A stretch of 64,000 nucleotides of DNA from a virus (IMGVR_UViG_3300011890_000001:192001-256000); one strand, 5' to 3'. Positions 49,789 to 59,277 are shown, counted from the stretch's first letter. Notes: generated by a model not told the origin, from the sequence alone. Numbers and translations: made by a program.

Positions 49789-50271
49789 ATGACTACTAAC
49801 GCCTCGACCGCGCTTCAGATCGCGATCTACGGTCATCCGACTCAGACGAAACGAATCCTGTCACTTGACGTGCCAGTTTCGTTTCTGAACCATACCCACA
49901 CGGGTATGGAAACGCTTCAGCTCGATGAGCACCACGCTAACAAGTCACTGGTCGAACACCTGAAGGCTCAAGAGGAACTTCAGCGTGGTGCCCAGAAGAC
50001 CGGCGCCGCTGAGATCTACATCATCGACCCGACTGACCTGGCTCACGGGGGCGCCGGCAGTCATGCGCTCTACAAGGCGCTGCTGGCGCGCGATCTGAAC
50101 GGCGACGATAAGCGCGCCGTCGGTCTGATCCCTCTGTCCGATAAGTCGACCGAGGCGGGCGCGCTGGCAAGCGATCTGGTACGTGAATCCCTGGGCGATC
50201 AGATCGCCACCTTCGAAAGCTACGACGAACTGGAGAACTGGCTCACCTGGCAGGCCAACGGGTGCCAGTGA
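49789..50271 (+). CDS. hypothetical, possibly virion protein (160 aa)
   Basis: AAGGA RBS before ATG 49789; CTATGA late motif at 49752; GME motif. Confidence 0.7.
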   Translation: MTTNASTALQIAIYGHPTQTKRILSLDVPVSFLNHTHTGMETLQLDEHHANKSLVEHLKAQEELQRGAQKTGAAEIYIIDPTDLAHGGAGSHALYKALLARDLNGDDKRAVGLIPLSDKSTEAGALASDLVRESLGDQIATFESYDELENWLTWQANGCQ

Positions 50272-50314
50272 GCCTTTCTTGGTAGGTAGCGTGGAGAAAT
50301 GTGTATTGAAAAAC

Positions 50315-50331
50315 ATTTCAAGACCATACTG
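50315..50331 (+). promoter_or_regulatory. putative early promoter motif
   Basis: ATTTCAAGACC identical to the motif upstream of chimallin. Confidence 0.5.
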
Positions 50332-50414
50332 TGTCTGTGACGGCAGCTCCGTAAAATCTGTTTTACGACTGGCCAGATGCGTCACAGACCTCTACCTCCT
50401 ACCGAGAAATTCAA

Positions 50415-51077
50415 ATGTCGATCAAGCACGCTATCGCCGCAATCCTCCACCCTGTCCGTGATGGACTGTTCCAGTGGGGAACGGCGTTGCTCCCGAAGGA
50501 TCGCCGTAACCCCCATCGGGTCTACAAGGACCCGAAGCACCTGGACGACGTTTACCGTCGGGTGTTCACCTCCAGCTACCAAGCAGCTGCGCTCTACCAG
50601 CAGATGCTGATGAGCGACCCGTACTTCGAAAAGCTCTTCCGTGAAAAAGAAGGACGCTACGTTGTCCGTGTGGCAGTCGTGGCCGAAGAGCTGGTGGCCA
50701 ATATCTACCAGCTGGGTTACTTCCGCACTTCGGCCCCACTCGACCCCTACAACGACAACTGGGACAAGGAAGGCGTTGCCAACCTGTTCGTGCATCGCAA
50801 GCTGTCGGAAGGTACTGAACCGGAAATGATCACGTCCTCAATGGTCGTGACCCGCCACATTGGCGTGGATCCGGAACTGGACTACTTCGGCGACATGAAG
50901 TACGACTTCTATGAACCGCTGGAGTCCTACAGCCGCCTGCTCACCAACGAAGAACTGCAGCAGCTGGCGCCCGTCTGCCGGATCAACCGTCCGGCCATGG
51001 AGCGTTACTACGCAGAGCAGGAACACCAGGTCAAGGCCGAGAAGGAACGCCTGAAGCTGGTTTGGAAAAAGGCATAA
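50415..51077 (+). CDS. hypothetical protein (220 aa)
   Basis: biased codons; bounded by promoter motif and terminator. Confidence 0.75.
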   Translation: MSIKHAIAAILHPVRDGLFQWGTALLPKDRRNPHRVYKDPKHLDDVYRRVFTSSYQAAALYQQMLMSDPYFEKLFREKEGRYVVRVAVVAEELVANIYQLGYFRTSAPLDPYNDNWDKEGVANLFVHRKLSEGTEPEMITSSMVVTRHIGVDPELDYFGDMKYDFYEPLESYSRLLTNEELQQLAPVCRINRPAMERYYAEQEHQVKAEKERLKLVWKKA

Positions 51078-51081
51078 AGCC

Positions 51082-51123
51082 CATAGGCCCCCTCACCCGT
51101 TAACGGGTGAGGGGGCCGTTATG
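51082..51123. terminator. bidirectional hairpin
   Basis: CATAGGCCCCCTCACCCG-TTAA-CGGGTGAGGGGGCCGTTATG. Confidence 0.75.
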
Positions 51124-51136
51124 GTGCCGTTTCTTT

Positions 51137-51949
51137 TTACCAATTACCGCCGACCAGCATGCGCAGATGGCGCTCGCGAGACTTGGGATCGTCCATCAGG
51201 GCAACCTTGGTCCAGATATCGCGCACGTACTCCTGGTACATTTGGTTGGCATCGGCAAACCCATCGACGATCTCGCGATAGCGACCCAGGTCCATACCGC
51301 CAGACAGCTGACCCATACCCATCGGGATGATCTGATGGTTGTAGATATAGGCCTTGACTGCCAGTTCGACCAGCTTGGAGAAATGCGGGTAGGTCATGTG
51401 ACCCATCGTCGACAGTTCGTCGTCGTACTCCAGGATGCAGCTCAGGTACGAGCGCCGCGGAATCGACACGTAGTCGCTGACCAACACGACGTTCTCACCA
51501 ATCAGTCGGATATAGGCAGAGGACACCACGGGGATGTTGGCGTGGGAGTTCAGCATACCCTGTGTGGCTTCGATGATCTGGCTGTAGCCGGCCATACCTG
51601 CATGATTCTGATTGGCCACACTGGTGGGGCCAAAGATAATCGACAGCACCTTGCTGATCGGACGGTTCTGGGTAGCCGCCATCGGAACACGGTAGATGAA
51701 CCGGTTGACATCGACCTGCTCGACCGGTACGTTGTCCAGGGGGATCTCCACCTGGGTACCACCAACGAGCTTACAATCTTCGAGCACGCGTGCATTGATG
51801 ACCTTTTCACGGATCAATGCGTCGACGCTAATGGGCGTGCTGCGACGCCCAAAGGACCGCCGAGCTTCAGAGGCCATAAAGGTCTCCTCAAGAACCTCCT
51901 TGGGGATGGCCCACTTGACGTCTCGGATAGCTTTTTGAATAACACCCAT
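51137..51949 (-). CDS. conserved virion protein, possible neck/head-tail adaptor (T4 gp13-like)
   Basis: GGAG RBS before ATG 51949; LAVKAYIY...GQLSGG resembles the T4 gp13 G.QLPGG motif; late TATG upstream. Confidence 0.5.
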   Translation of the reverse strand: MGVIQKAIRDVKWAIPKEVLEETFMASEARRSFGRRSTPISVDALIREKVINARVLEDCKLVGGTQVEIPLDNVPVEQVDVNRFIYRVPMAATQNRPISKVLSIIFGPTSVANQNHAGMAGYSQIIEATQGMLNSHANIPVVSSAYIRLIGENVVLVSDYVSIPRRSYLSCILEYDDELSTMGHMTYPHFSKLVELAVKAYIYNHQIIPMGMGQLSGGMDLGRYREIVDGFADANQMYQEYVRDIWTKVALMDDPKSRERHLRMLVGGNW

Positions 51950-52118
51950 TTTTAGGGCTCCCGTTGAATACTCATATCCATCATACCCCCTTAACCAACG
52001 AAATTTCACAACCTCAATATTAACTTGAGTATGGGATCCAGCTTATGTAAAAAAAGCTAGGCCAGTACTCATTGTTTGGGATATCACCGCAACTTACCCT
52101 AAACTGGAGCTAAGTCCA

Positions 52119-52661
52119 ATGGCCTCGCGTTCACCACTAGGAAGTAACTATGGCTGGTACGTTACCAGCGATCACATGTACTCGCCACGTGATGTCAATG
52201 CAGAGATCCATTCGACGATCGCCCTGACGGCTGTGTCCATGGACACGAAGTTGAAGGCCCTGCGCAAGTCGCTTGGTCATCCGGTGGCGTTGGGTGTCAC
52301 TGTGGGCAAAACAACGATGCACATTCGCGTCTATGACTTTTCCGCCGCGAAGTCTAGATCCGATCAGCTGGCCTCTCGGCTGGCCTTGGCAGGTTCTGAG
52401 ACAATCACTTACATGACCTTCAATGAACTCGGGGGCTTGGAAGTGCTTGTCGGAAAAGAGCGACTTGACGTGGCGGGGCACTCGCCCTTGTTCCACGCCA
52501 CACGCGTCTTGAATCCTGCGATTGCGCAAGCGTTGAACAATCTTCAGGGCCAGTTTACCGGTCAACCGGTTACTCGACTGGGCACCCCTGAAACCCAAAC
52601 CCCCTTGGTTACCGAAGAGATCGTTGATCTCTACGCTACCGAACCTCCTACCCTTGAATAA
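52119..52661 (+). CDS. hypothetical protein (180 aa), first gene of the phuZ operon
   Basis: GGAG RBS; AAATTTCA...AATATTAAC promoter-like motif at 52001-52024. Confidence 0.7.
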   Translation: MASRSPLGSNYGWYVTSDHMYSPRDVNAEIHSTIALTAVSMDTKLKALRKSLGHPVALGVTVGKTTMHIRVYDFSAAKSRSDQLASRLALAGSETITYMTFNELGGLEVLVGKERLDVAGHSPLFHATRVLNPAIAQALNNLQGQFTGQPVTRLGTPETQTPLVTEEIVDLYATEPPTLE

Positions 52662-52682
52662 TCGAACCAAAAGGAAATACTC

Positions 52683-53666
52683 GTGAGCGCAAACAACAAG
52701 AAGCAGAAGACCGTCCGCCTGTACGGCTGTGGTGGTACTGGCATCAACCTGCTTTCGGTGTGGGAAGCTGACCATGATCGTCTGCTGCCGGCCGGTGGTC
52801 TGATCCAGATCTCCTACGTCGATACCTCCGACTCCAACCTGCCGCGTGACCTGAACAAGGATCGCGTCTACCTGCTGGAAGGCAAGGACGGTTCGGGCAA
52901 GGTGCGTTCGGAAAACTCCGAAGAGATCTCCCGCTCCCTGCTGAACCTGCTCCAGAAGATGCCGGAAGGCGATTTCAACATCGTCCTGTTCTCGGCCTCC
53001 GGTGGTTCGGGTTCGGTCTTCGGTCCCCTGCTGATGGCTGAGCTGGCCAAGCGTGGCGTCCCGACCGTGGGTATCGTGGTGGGTACCGAAGAATCGGTCA
53101 TCACCTGCGACAACACCCTGAAGACCCTGAAGACCCTGGAAAACCTGGCCGAACGTACCAGCACCCCGATGGTCATCAGCTACCACCACAACAAGACCGG
53201 CAAGCCGCGTTCGCAGGTTGACATCGAGGCCCGCGAAGTGATGTCCTCCGTTGCCCTGCTGGGCGGCGGCAACTTTCACTCGCTGGATACCCGCGACATC
53301 AGCAACTGGATCACCTACCGTACCACCAACCTGCGTCCGCAGCTGTCGCTGCTGCACGTATACGACGACCCGGCAGTTCTGGACGAGAAGGCTTCCGATC
53401 CGATCTCCATCGCCTCGCTGCGCAAGGATCCGGACCAGGCCACCTACTCGATCCTGCCGATGTACCCGTGCGAAGGCTTCGTGGAGACCCAGATCGAAGG
53501 TTTCGATCAGCTCCACTACGTCATCAACACCGCCGGCGTTGCGGTCATCCACCAGATGATCGACGAGCGCGTGCAGTCCAGCAACAAGATGGCTGCCGGC
53601 CGCGTTGAACGCGAAAGCTTGGTCTCCAAGGCCGACGTCGTCTCCGACAGCGGCCTGGTGTTCTAA
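52683..53666 (+). CDS. phuZ: PhuZ phage tubulin
   Basis: LYGCGGTGIN, VDTS, GSGK.R, SASGGSGSV tubulin signature, C-terminal DSGLVF tail; 327 aa. Confidence 0.95.
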   Translation: MSANNKKQKTVRLYGCGGTGINLLSVWEADHDRLLPAGGLIQISYVDTSDSNLPRDLNKDRVYLLEGKDGSGKVRSENSEEISRSLLNLLQKMPEGDFNIVLFSASGGSGSVFGPLLMAELAKRGVPTVGIVVGTEESVITCDNTLKTLKTLENLAERTSTPMVISYHHNKTGKPRSQVDIEAREVMSSVALLGGGNFHSLDTRDISNWITYRTTNLRPQLSLLHVYDDPAVLDEKASDPISIASLRKDPDQATYSILPMYPCEGFVETQIEGFDQLHYVINTAGVAVIHQMIDERVQSSNKMAAGRVERESLVSKADVVSDSGLVF

Positions 53667-53712
53667 TCCACCAGTCGTGGGGGCAGCGCAAGCTGCCCCC
53701 ACTGGAGCCTTT

Positions 53713-53931
53713 ATGTCCAACGATTATTTTGCCTGCGACGTATGTCAGACGGTAGACACGATTGAATTTGCCTACCAAAACGACCACCCTGGCGCAGGAG
53801 GTTACAAATGTACCCGTTGTCAAACAGGTCAGTGGCACGACAACATGCCCGCCAAAAGCGCCGCCAACTGGAACGGCCCAAGCTTGATCAACCGGCCGAC
53901 ATCCAAGGGCGATCTATCGCCCTCCTGGTAA
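53713..53931 (+). CDS. small zinc-ribbon protein (72 aa)
   Basis: GGAG RBS; CDVC...CTRC..G.WH. Confidence 0.7.
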   Translation: MSNDYFACDVCQTVDTIEFAYQNDHPGAGGYKCTRCQTGQWHDNMPAKSAANWNGPSLINRPTSKGDLSPSW

Positions 53932-54398
53932 AGGAAGATTTCTTTTTTCCCCGATTGTCTGACAGTCTGGATCTTTTTGACCAATACCCTTATCTTCGTG
54001 GGGTATACATTACCGCTGCCTTCATTACACCAATCAGCGAGTTGAGTAGTTGGGGACACCTGGCGGAGTTTAAGAGTGAATCCATCAGCGACTACCTCAT
54101 GTCGGAGTTTTACTCCATGGCCGTGGAGTTCATCGAAAGTCTCTGTGATGGGTGCGATGAGGAAGAAGTACTCCGCCACCACGAAGTATTCGGCGATGCC
54201 TACGCCACGTCAGCCGACCTTTTGTACTGGTCGACCGACGAGTTAGTGCGGCGCATGATCAAGATCGAAGAAGGACTAGAGAACCGAAATCCGGATATCT
54301 GGGTGCCTGGGAAAATGGCAGTGGAGTGCTTCATGGATAACGAAGGCGATTACCGCCTAGTTTATTATCGGTATCGTGAGCTGAGTACTACCCGATGA
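53808..54398 (+). CDS. hypothetical protein, array member 1
   Basis: AGGAGG RBS before ATG; acidic helical body. Confidence 0.65.
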   Translation: MYPLSNRSVARQHARQKRRQLERPKLDQPADIQGRSIALLVKEDFFFPRLSDSLDLFDQYPYLRGVYITAAFITPISELSSWGHLAEFKSESISDYLMSEFYSMAVEFIESLCDGCDEEEVLRHHEVFGDAYATSADLLYWSTDELVRRMIKIEEGLENRNPDIWVPGKMAVECFMDNEGDYRLVYYRYRELSTTR

Positions 54399-54820
54399 GC
54401 GTATGCTACTTACTCCGGTTCGAGTACGCGAGGTTCTTTAACGACTCCTCGCTGCCCATAATTGAGCGCTGTGGGTTAACCGACGCCAGGGCGATTGAAC
54501 TGGCCCTTGAACATTGGGACACGTTACAGCATTCGTCCTCCACCGCATACGACCTGATCTTGGACGACATCATTGATCGGGCAGAAAGTAGGAACGAGAA
54601 CGAGCTCCGTCAGACCGACATTGCTTTCATCGAGGATGCGGGCGACGTACTGGTGGGTCTAATCAGCGCCATCCACTCCTACTTCTGGATTCAGCTGGAT
54701 CCGCTTCCAACGCTCTGGGCTAAAAACGCCATTGAGAATTGCGAGTGGACGTTCATCAAGGTACTCAAAGTCCTCCCCAGTGCCGATACGGTAATTCTCC
54801 GTGTTACATGTCAAAATTAA
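54395..54820 (+). CDS. hypothetical protein, array member 2
   Basis: ATGA overlap; followed by hairpin 54818-54847. Confidence 0.7.
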   Translation: MSVCYLLRFEYARFFNDSSLPIIERCGLTDARAIELALEHWDTLQHSSSTAYDLILDDIIDRAESRNENELRQTDIAFIEDAGDVLVGLISAIHSYFWIQLDPLPTLWAKNAIENCEWTFIKVLKVLPSADTVILRVTCQN

Positions 54821-54970
54821 AGCCCCCCGCTTCGGCGGGGGTTTATGCCGCCATGCCCCTGAGCGTCGCTGTGGGCCTCGTCTGTCTAATTATACGGCGA
54901 TGGTACATCTATGTAGCTGAACGCTCCTCAGGAGCCCGTACAGGGCCAATCAAAAATGAGGTAAGTGAAA

Positions 54971-55318
54971 ATGGTCACCGAGTTCATCATCAATATCTCC
55001 GATCTGGTCGACGTGCTGAAAGAGCAGGTCGATGAGTGTCTAAAGGTCAACCAACACGTCGGTGGAGATTTCAACGCCGACGTTATCGTCGCGTGCTGGT
55101 TGTCCTTGACGCTGGCCGACAACGATATTCGCACGGAGTTTAACCGCCCGGCAATGAGATGGGAGACCTACAGCTGTATCCTGAACATCAAAAACGACTA
55201 CGCGTCCCGACTGGTTAGCGAAATCGTTGTTCCTCCGATTCTTGATGTTTTCCCGAGCGGCACGTGGCTGATTGCGCAGATGCGCGTTGACGGCCGCAAT
55301 CTCTACTTGAAATTTTAA
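54971..55318 (+). CDS. hypothetical protein, array member 3
   Basis: GAGGT RBS spaced for ATG 54971. Confidence 0.7.
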   Translation: MVTEFIINISDLVDVLKEQVDECLKVNQHVGGDFNADVIVACWLSLTLADNDIRTEFNRPAMRWETYSCILNIKNDYASRLVSEIVVPPILDVFPSGTWLIAQMRVDGRNLYLKF

Positions 55319-55334
55319 TAGAACGAGTACTAAA

Positions 55335-56054
55335 ATGTCCATTGTCAAATTCGGTAATCCCGTCGTCCTCATTCCGGGGAAGGAACTCTACGAGCACGTC
55401 AACGTTGGGTTTACCTGCCTGGCTCAGGACATCGATCATCTGACCATGGGGGCCGCCGCCCGAGATCACCTCAAGTCCGCAATTCAAGTTGGTGAGCTCG
55501 AAAATCCGACCAGACATCGTGATGAGTTTGTTCGCGATTTCCTGACCGCAGCGCTGCTGGATACCATGGAAGCAAACAGTAGTTGGGTTAAGTTGCATGG
55601 AAGTCAGGATCGCGTGGGTAGTGGTATCTGGAGCTATTTTGAGCTGGAGCACCTGGACAGCGAAACGGCCGACGAGGTCGCCATAACTGCGATAAAGTAT
55701 CTGATCGGAAACAACGTCAACGAACTGCTGTGTCAATACGCCATTGCGATTGACGGCGGTCACGAGAACTGGCGCGTGTGGGGCGTTCGTCCCCTGGGTG
55801 CTGATTTCATCATCGAAGACATCGGCGACTACCGTGTGATCGACTGGATGCGTCAGCGCGAACTGAAGAACGAAAAAGCCTTGGAGCGTGCCGAGACGGG
55901 CGAGACAGCCGAAGTAGTTGACGAAGATCAGCGCTTCATCGAGCTGCTGCGCAAGGTACAGTTTTCCGACAAACCTTTGATCGACTCCAACCTGTCGCGA
56001 CTGTCGGCAGCAACTCTGAAGAAAAAGCGGGTGAATCGTGGCAGTCGCGGATAA
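55335..56054 (+). CDS. hypothetical protein, array member 4 (239 aa)
   Basis: W.VW.V..LG.D.I.ED.GDYR..DW motif. Confidence 0.75.
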   Translation: MSIVKFGNPVVLIPGKELYEHVNVGFTCLAQDIDHLTMGAAARDHLKSAIQVGELENPTRHRDEFVRDFLTAALLDTMEANSSWVKLHGSQDRVGSGIWSYFELEHLDSETADEVAITAIKYLIGNNVNELLCQYAIAIDGGHENWRVWGVRPLGADFIIEDIGDYRVIDWMRQRELKNEKALERAETGETAEVVDEDQRFIELLRKVQFSDKPLIDSNLSRLSAATLKKKRVNRGSRG

Positions 56055-56433
56055 AGATCGCTACACTCCAAAGAACGGGCGACGGTCGGTGATCCTCGCC
56101 CTTAACGATATCGACGTGGCCGTTGAGAAAGCTCTCACCGTCCGCATGGGTCAAGCCGGCACTGTCATTCCACGACTGCCGATTATTGAAATCCTGCTGG
56201 ATGAGTTCTTCTACGGGGTGTCCCTTGGAAAGACGCTTACGGAGGAACTCCAGTTCTATCGGATTCCGAGTGACGTTTTACTCGACCTCCGTAGCGAGCT
56301 GCGTTCATCGGTGGGCAGGCAGATTGACTCGGCGCTGTGCGGCATTCGCCCGTATGCCCACTACAGTTTCAAGGTCGTGCGCGGTACGGTGGTGCTGACC
56401 GAGTTGGTCAATATCCGTCAGCTGGATAACTAA
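56038..56433 (+). CDS. hypothetical protein, array member 5
   Basis: GTG start overlapping the upstream gene end. Confidence 0.65.
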   Translation: MAVADKDRYTPKNGRRSVILALNDIDVAVEKALTVRMGQAGTVIPRLPIIEILLDEFFYGVSLGKTLTEELQFYRIPSDVLLDLRSELRSSVGRQIDSALCGIRPYAHYSFKVVRGTVVLTELVNIRQLDN

Positions 56434-56446
56434 CGAAGGAGGTCAT

Positions 56447-56869
56447 GTGGCGAGGTACATTCTAGATATCGTTGAGGTAGTCGAATTCCTCGACACGCGA
56501 CTGGACATCCTACGTGACCTTGGTTTCAGTAAGAGTAGCATCATTGTTCGCGCGTTTGGGCCAATGTTGCTCTCGATCCAACGTGAACCACCTAGTGGGT
56601 TTTCACGGATGCAGGCCGGTCGTGTGTATTCAGGGTGGCCCTGCCCGGCCACCGAAATAACCGAAGTCATTAATCGACACTTAGAAAGTCGACGTTCGCA
56701 TCATCTGGTGCGTGTCCGACCTTCCGATCCAGAGGTGGGTGAAATCATCCGGATAATTTCTGATACGTCGGTATTATTGGGAGAGGCAGTGCTGCGTCAA
56801 ATCGGAACCCTGCCACCCCATGCTGTGGCGCACGTCGTGCTAGCCAACGGCCTAATTATCACTGTTTGA
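56447..56869 (+). CDS. hypothetical protein, array member 6
   Basis: AAGGAGG RBS, GTG start. Confidence 0.7.
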   Translation: MARYILDIVEVVEFLDTRLDILRDLGFSKSSIIVRAFGPMLLSIQREPPSGFSRMQAGRVYSGWPCPATEITEVINRHLESRRSHHLVRVRPSDPEVGEIIRIISDTSVLLGEAVLRQIGTLPPHAVAHVVLANGLIITV

Positions 56870-56878
56870 GGATTATCC

Positions 56879-57253
56879 ATGTCAATCGATTCTAAGTTCC
56901 CACGTCGCCTGTTGCTGCCTGGGCTCCTGCCCGAAGAGCGCGTGCTGGCACCTATCGCGGGTGAAATCGTCGAACAGGTCTACCGTCATCCGAATATCTA
57001 CAACGATTCCTACGGTGCCAAACACGAGCTCGAAAATACCGTCGCGGCGATGATCGATGTGGAGCGCGAGCTGGACTTCGAAGAGTACATCGCCGTGTTG
57101 AAGAAGGTGACCGACCTGGCAATTTCCTTTGCCGAGCGGTACCAGGTGTTGATGACATCCCTACCGCCTGCAATGCGCAGTGAGTGTACCATGATCTTCG
57201 AACGACTGGTCGGTCAAGACATGTTGGTGCGCATCGTACCGCCGGAGAACTAA
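56879..57253 (+). CDS. hypothetical protein, array member 7
   Basis: GAGGA RBS. Confidence 0.75.
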   Translation: MSIDSKFPRRLLLPGLLPEERVLAPIAGEIVEQVYRHPNIYNDSYGAKHELENTVAAMIDVERELDFEEYIAVLKKVTDLAISFAERYQVLMTSLPPAMRSECTMIFERLVGQDMLVRIVPPEN

Positions 57254-57258
57254 AACCT

Positions 57259-57759
57259 ATGGATCGTGAACTGACGCGCGTCTGGCGCCCTGACGGGAAA
57301 CGCGGACTGAAACATGTCCGCGTGATCTTGCCGTTCAGCGAAATCATGTCCGAGTTGGAAACCTCCTCCGTTTTCTTGGAGGAGATGTCGGGCATGGGCG
57401 CCAAGGAACTGGTGGAGTACTTCCTGACCAGTTGGGAGCGCGCTATTGACGAACCTACCGGTAAGGTCGATTGCGATAACCCCGACGAATGGCGCATGCG
57501 CAATATTCGACTGATGGCGCTGGACATCCTGATGGCCAATTTGGAGAAACTGCCGCCCGGTCAAACGGACCGCGTGCAAAAGCATCGGGAATGGGAGATT
57601 GGGTTCCGACACGTTTGGAATCTGCTGTCCAGTGAAATCATCATCATGGTCAACACCATCGCTAACAATCCAAGCGACATTCTACCGGAGGTAAAGTTCT
57701 ATGGGTGGATCGGTAACGATTTGGTCCTCGAACTCCCTGGGCGCTACCTGGGCCAGTGA
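57259..57759 (+). CDS. hypothetical protein, array member 8
   Basis: GGAG upstream of ATG 57259. Confidence 0.7.
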   Translation: MDRELTRVWRPDGKRGLKHVRVILPFSEIMSELETSSVFLEEMSGMGAKELVEYFLTSWERAIDEPTGKVDCDNPDEWRMRNIRLMALDILMANLEKLPPGQTDRVQKHREWEIGFRHVWNLLSSEIIIMVNTIANNPSDILPEVKFYGWIGNDLVLELPGRYLGQ

Positions 57760-58180
57760 GAGATTGCGGTATTATCCAACCCCTCTGTCAAACCTTTACT
57801 GTGATGCACCCTGGTGCGTCGTCAGGCAGATGCCCCTACTGCCGTCGTTGTTTGTAGCCGAGTGCTGGCAGGCGTTCTTGGATAACCCACTGAGGAATCA
57901 ACGAGAGCGTTACGTGACCGCTGCGCTGGATCGTGTAGCCTATCACTGCGATCGTAAGATGTCCTTCAGGGAGATCAGATATCGCCTGTCGCCGACCATC
58001 CTGGTGCTCTACTCCACCCTCGGGAAAATCTACGACGACCTCACGTCCCGCCAAGTCGGCGTAAATGAGGTGTCCATTCAAGTCGAGGCAGAATACATCT
58101 GCGTGGATTTCCTCAAGTTCGTAGAAGCGTTTCCACATTTACCGGAGGTTACGAGTGAGTCGAAAAACACTCATCTTTGA
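57701..58180 (+). CDS. hypothetical protein, array member 9
   Basis: GGAGG upstream of ATG 57701. Confidence 0.6.
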   Translation: MGGSVTIWSSNSLGATWASERLRYYPTPLSNLYCDAPWCVVRQMPLLPSLFVAECWQAFLDNPLRNQRERYVTAALDRVAYHCDRKMSFREIRYRLSPTILVLYSTLGKIYDDLTSRQVGVNEVSIQVEAEYICVDFLKFVEAFPHLPEVTSESKNTHL

Positions 58181-58535
58181 TGGGTCGACGATTCTGGGGC
58201 GCGGTAAGCGCATGCTGTTGGGTATGGCCAACGCATGTGATGACGAGATGGCATATGGGCATGCGGTCGTGGACGCCCTGATGATGGGAAACGATCGCAG
58301 CCGTCTTGCGTCCATTGTGCAACGCCTAGTCCGTAGACTTCCCGCCGGTCAGATGCCCACCGACCAGATCGAAACAGCACTGCATGACGATATCCGCACA
58401 GCCATTGACGCCGTGTGCTTTAGTGCGGATGAACTAAAGATGATGCTGAACCGCGCCAATATCGACTGGCAGGGAAAACGTCTACGTTTCGGCGGTTGGA
58501 TCAGGGCAGACTTTTATGTCCTCATGGAAGACTAA
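58155..58535 (+). CDS. hypothetical protein, array member 10
   Basis: GGAGG RBS, GTG start. Confidence 0.7.
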   Translation: MSRKTLIFDGSTILGRGKRMLLGMANACDDEMAYGHAVVDALMMGNDRSRLASIVQRLVRRLPAGQMPTDQIETALHDDIRTAIDAVCFSADELKMMLNRANIDWQGKRLRFGGWIRADFYVLMED

Positions 58536-58565
58536 ATGCTATGATCCCTTTGACGGTACTTTCTA

Positions 58566-58994
58566 ATGCTCATCTCTAGCCAAATCACCCTTGGTTCGAT
58601 CGTTTCATTCGATCTCTATCCGGCGCAAGTCTTCGGCACTTCGATCAAGCGTGTCAAGGTGCTGGGTATTGTCAGTGCGGCCATTGCACAGTCGGCAGGG
58701 TTCGATGCTCCTGCCTACCACACGATGGTTTTCCCGACACTGCCTGCCGGCACGCCCAATCGTTATAACGGGTATGACTACCTCTGCTACGAAAAGCTGG
58801 ACTCCAGTTCAGCCAGCCCGAACGAGCGTGTTGGTTATATCGGTCTGCCCTGGATCCGCGAAGAAACCTTCCAGGTACACCAGAACACCACGCTCCGCTT
58901 CACTTTTGAGGACGTCACTCCGGAGGCCCAGAACCTCATCGCGCTCGCAGTAGCCGGTGTCGGTTTTACTCCTGATTTGGTCGAAGTCCTTTGA
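58566..58994 (+). CDS. conserved chimallivirus protein (phiKZ gp49-like)
   Basis: F..YP..V.G, H..VFPTLP.GTP, IG.PWI motifs; upstream of DNA polymerase; CTATGA at 58539. Confidence 0.65.
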   Translation: MLISSQITLGSIVSFDLYPAQVFGTSIKRVKVLGIVSAAIAQSAGFDAPAYHTMVFPTLPAGTPNRYNGYDYLCYEKLDSSSASPNERVGYIGLPWIREETFQVHQNTTLRFTFEDVTPEAQNLIALAVAGVGFTPDLVEVL

Positions 58995-59011
58995 CGCCTG
59001 ATGTTTTTTCT

Positions 59012-59243
59012 TACTACAGTACTAATTCTGTGGTAGATGCCGGCGGGCGTTCTCCAAGATAATCACGACCGTAGTCGGCGGACGGTGTCGTGGTTTAGCT
59101 GTTGGCGATGGTTCTCGATTCCCCAAACCAACAGCGACCTTGTCGATGTGCGCATTCGGTAATCCGGCCATGACCGGGCGCACCGAACTTAAGTGCAGCA
59201 CTCGACGGCGAGGGAGGGCTCCGAAAGGAGCCCTCCCTTTATG
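59012..59243 (+). ncRNA. candidate multi-branched ncRNA (~200 nt) ending in a terminator
   Basis: stems TACTACAG/CTGTGGTA, ATCACGAC/GTCGTGGT, GCTGTTGG/CCAACAGC, GTGCGC/GCGCAC, closing GCCG/CGGC; terminator 59211-59243. Confidence 0.5.
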
Positions 59244-59268
59244 CCGCCTTTTTTTTTTTGCCGACTTC

Positions 59269-59277
59269 AAACTTTAC
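59269..59277 (+). promoter_or_regulatory. putative middle promoter of DNA polymerase
   Basis: AAACTTTAC fits the phiKZ middle consensus AAanntTAC. Confidence 0.5.

Noticed and set aside
53115-53141. ACCCTGAAG tandem repeat inside phuZ
   Set aside because: Simply encodes TLKTLKTLE with preferred codons
59108-59124. GGTTCTCGATTCCC resembling a tRNA T-arm
   Set aside because: Two extra bases and no cloverleaf or acceptor stem; not called a tRNA
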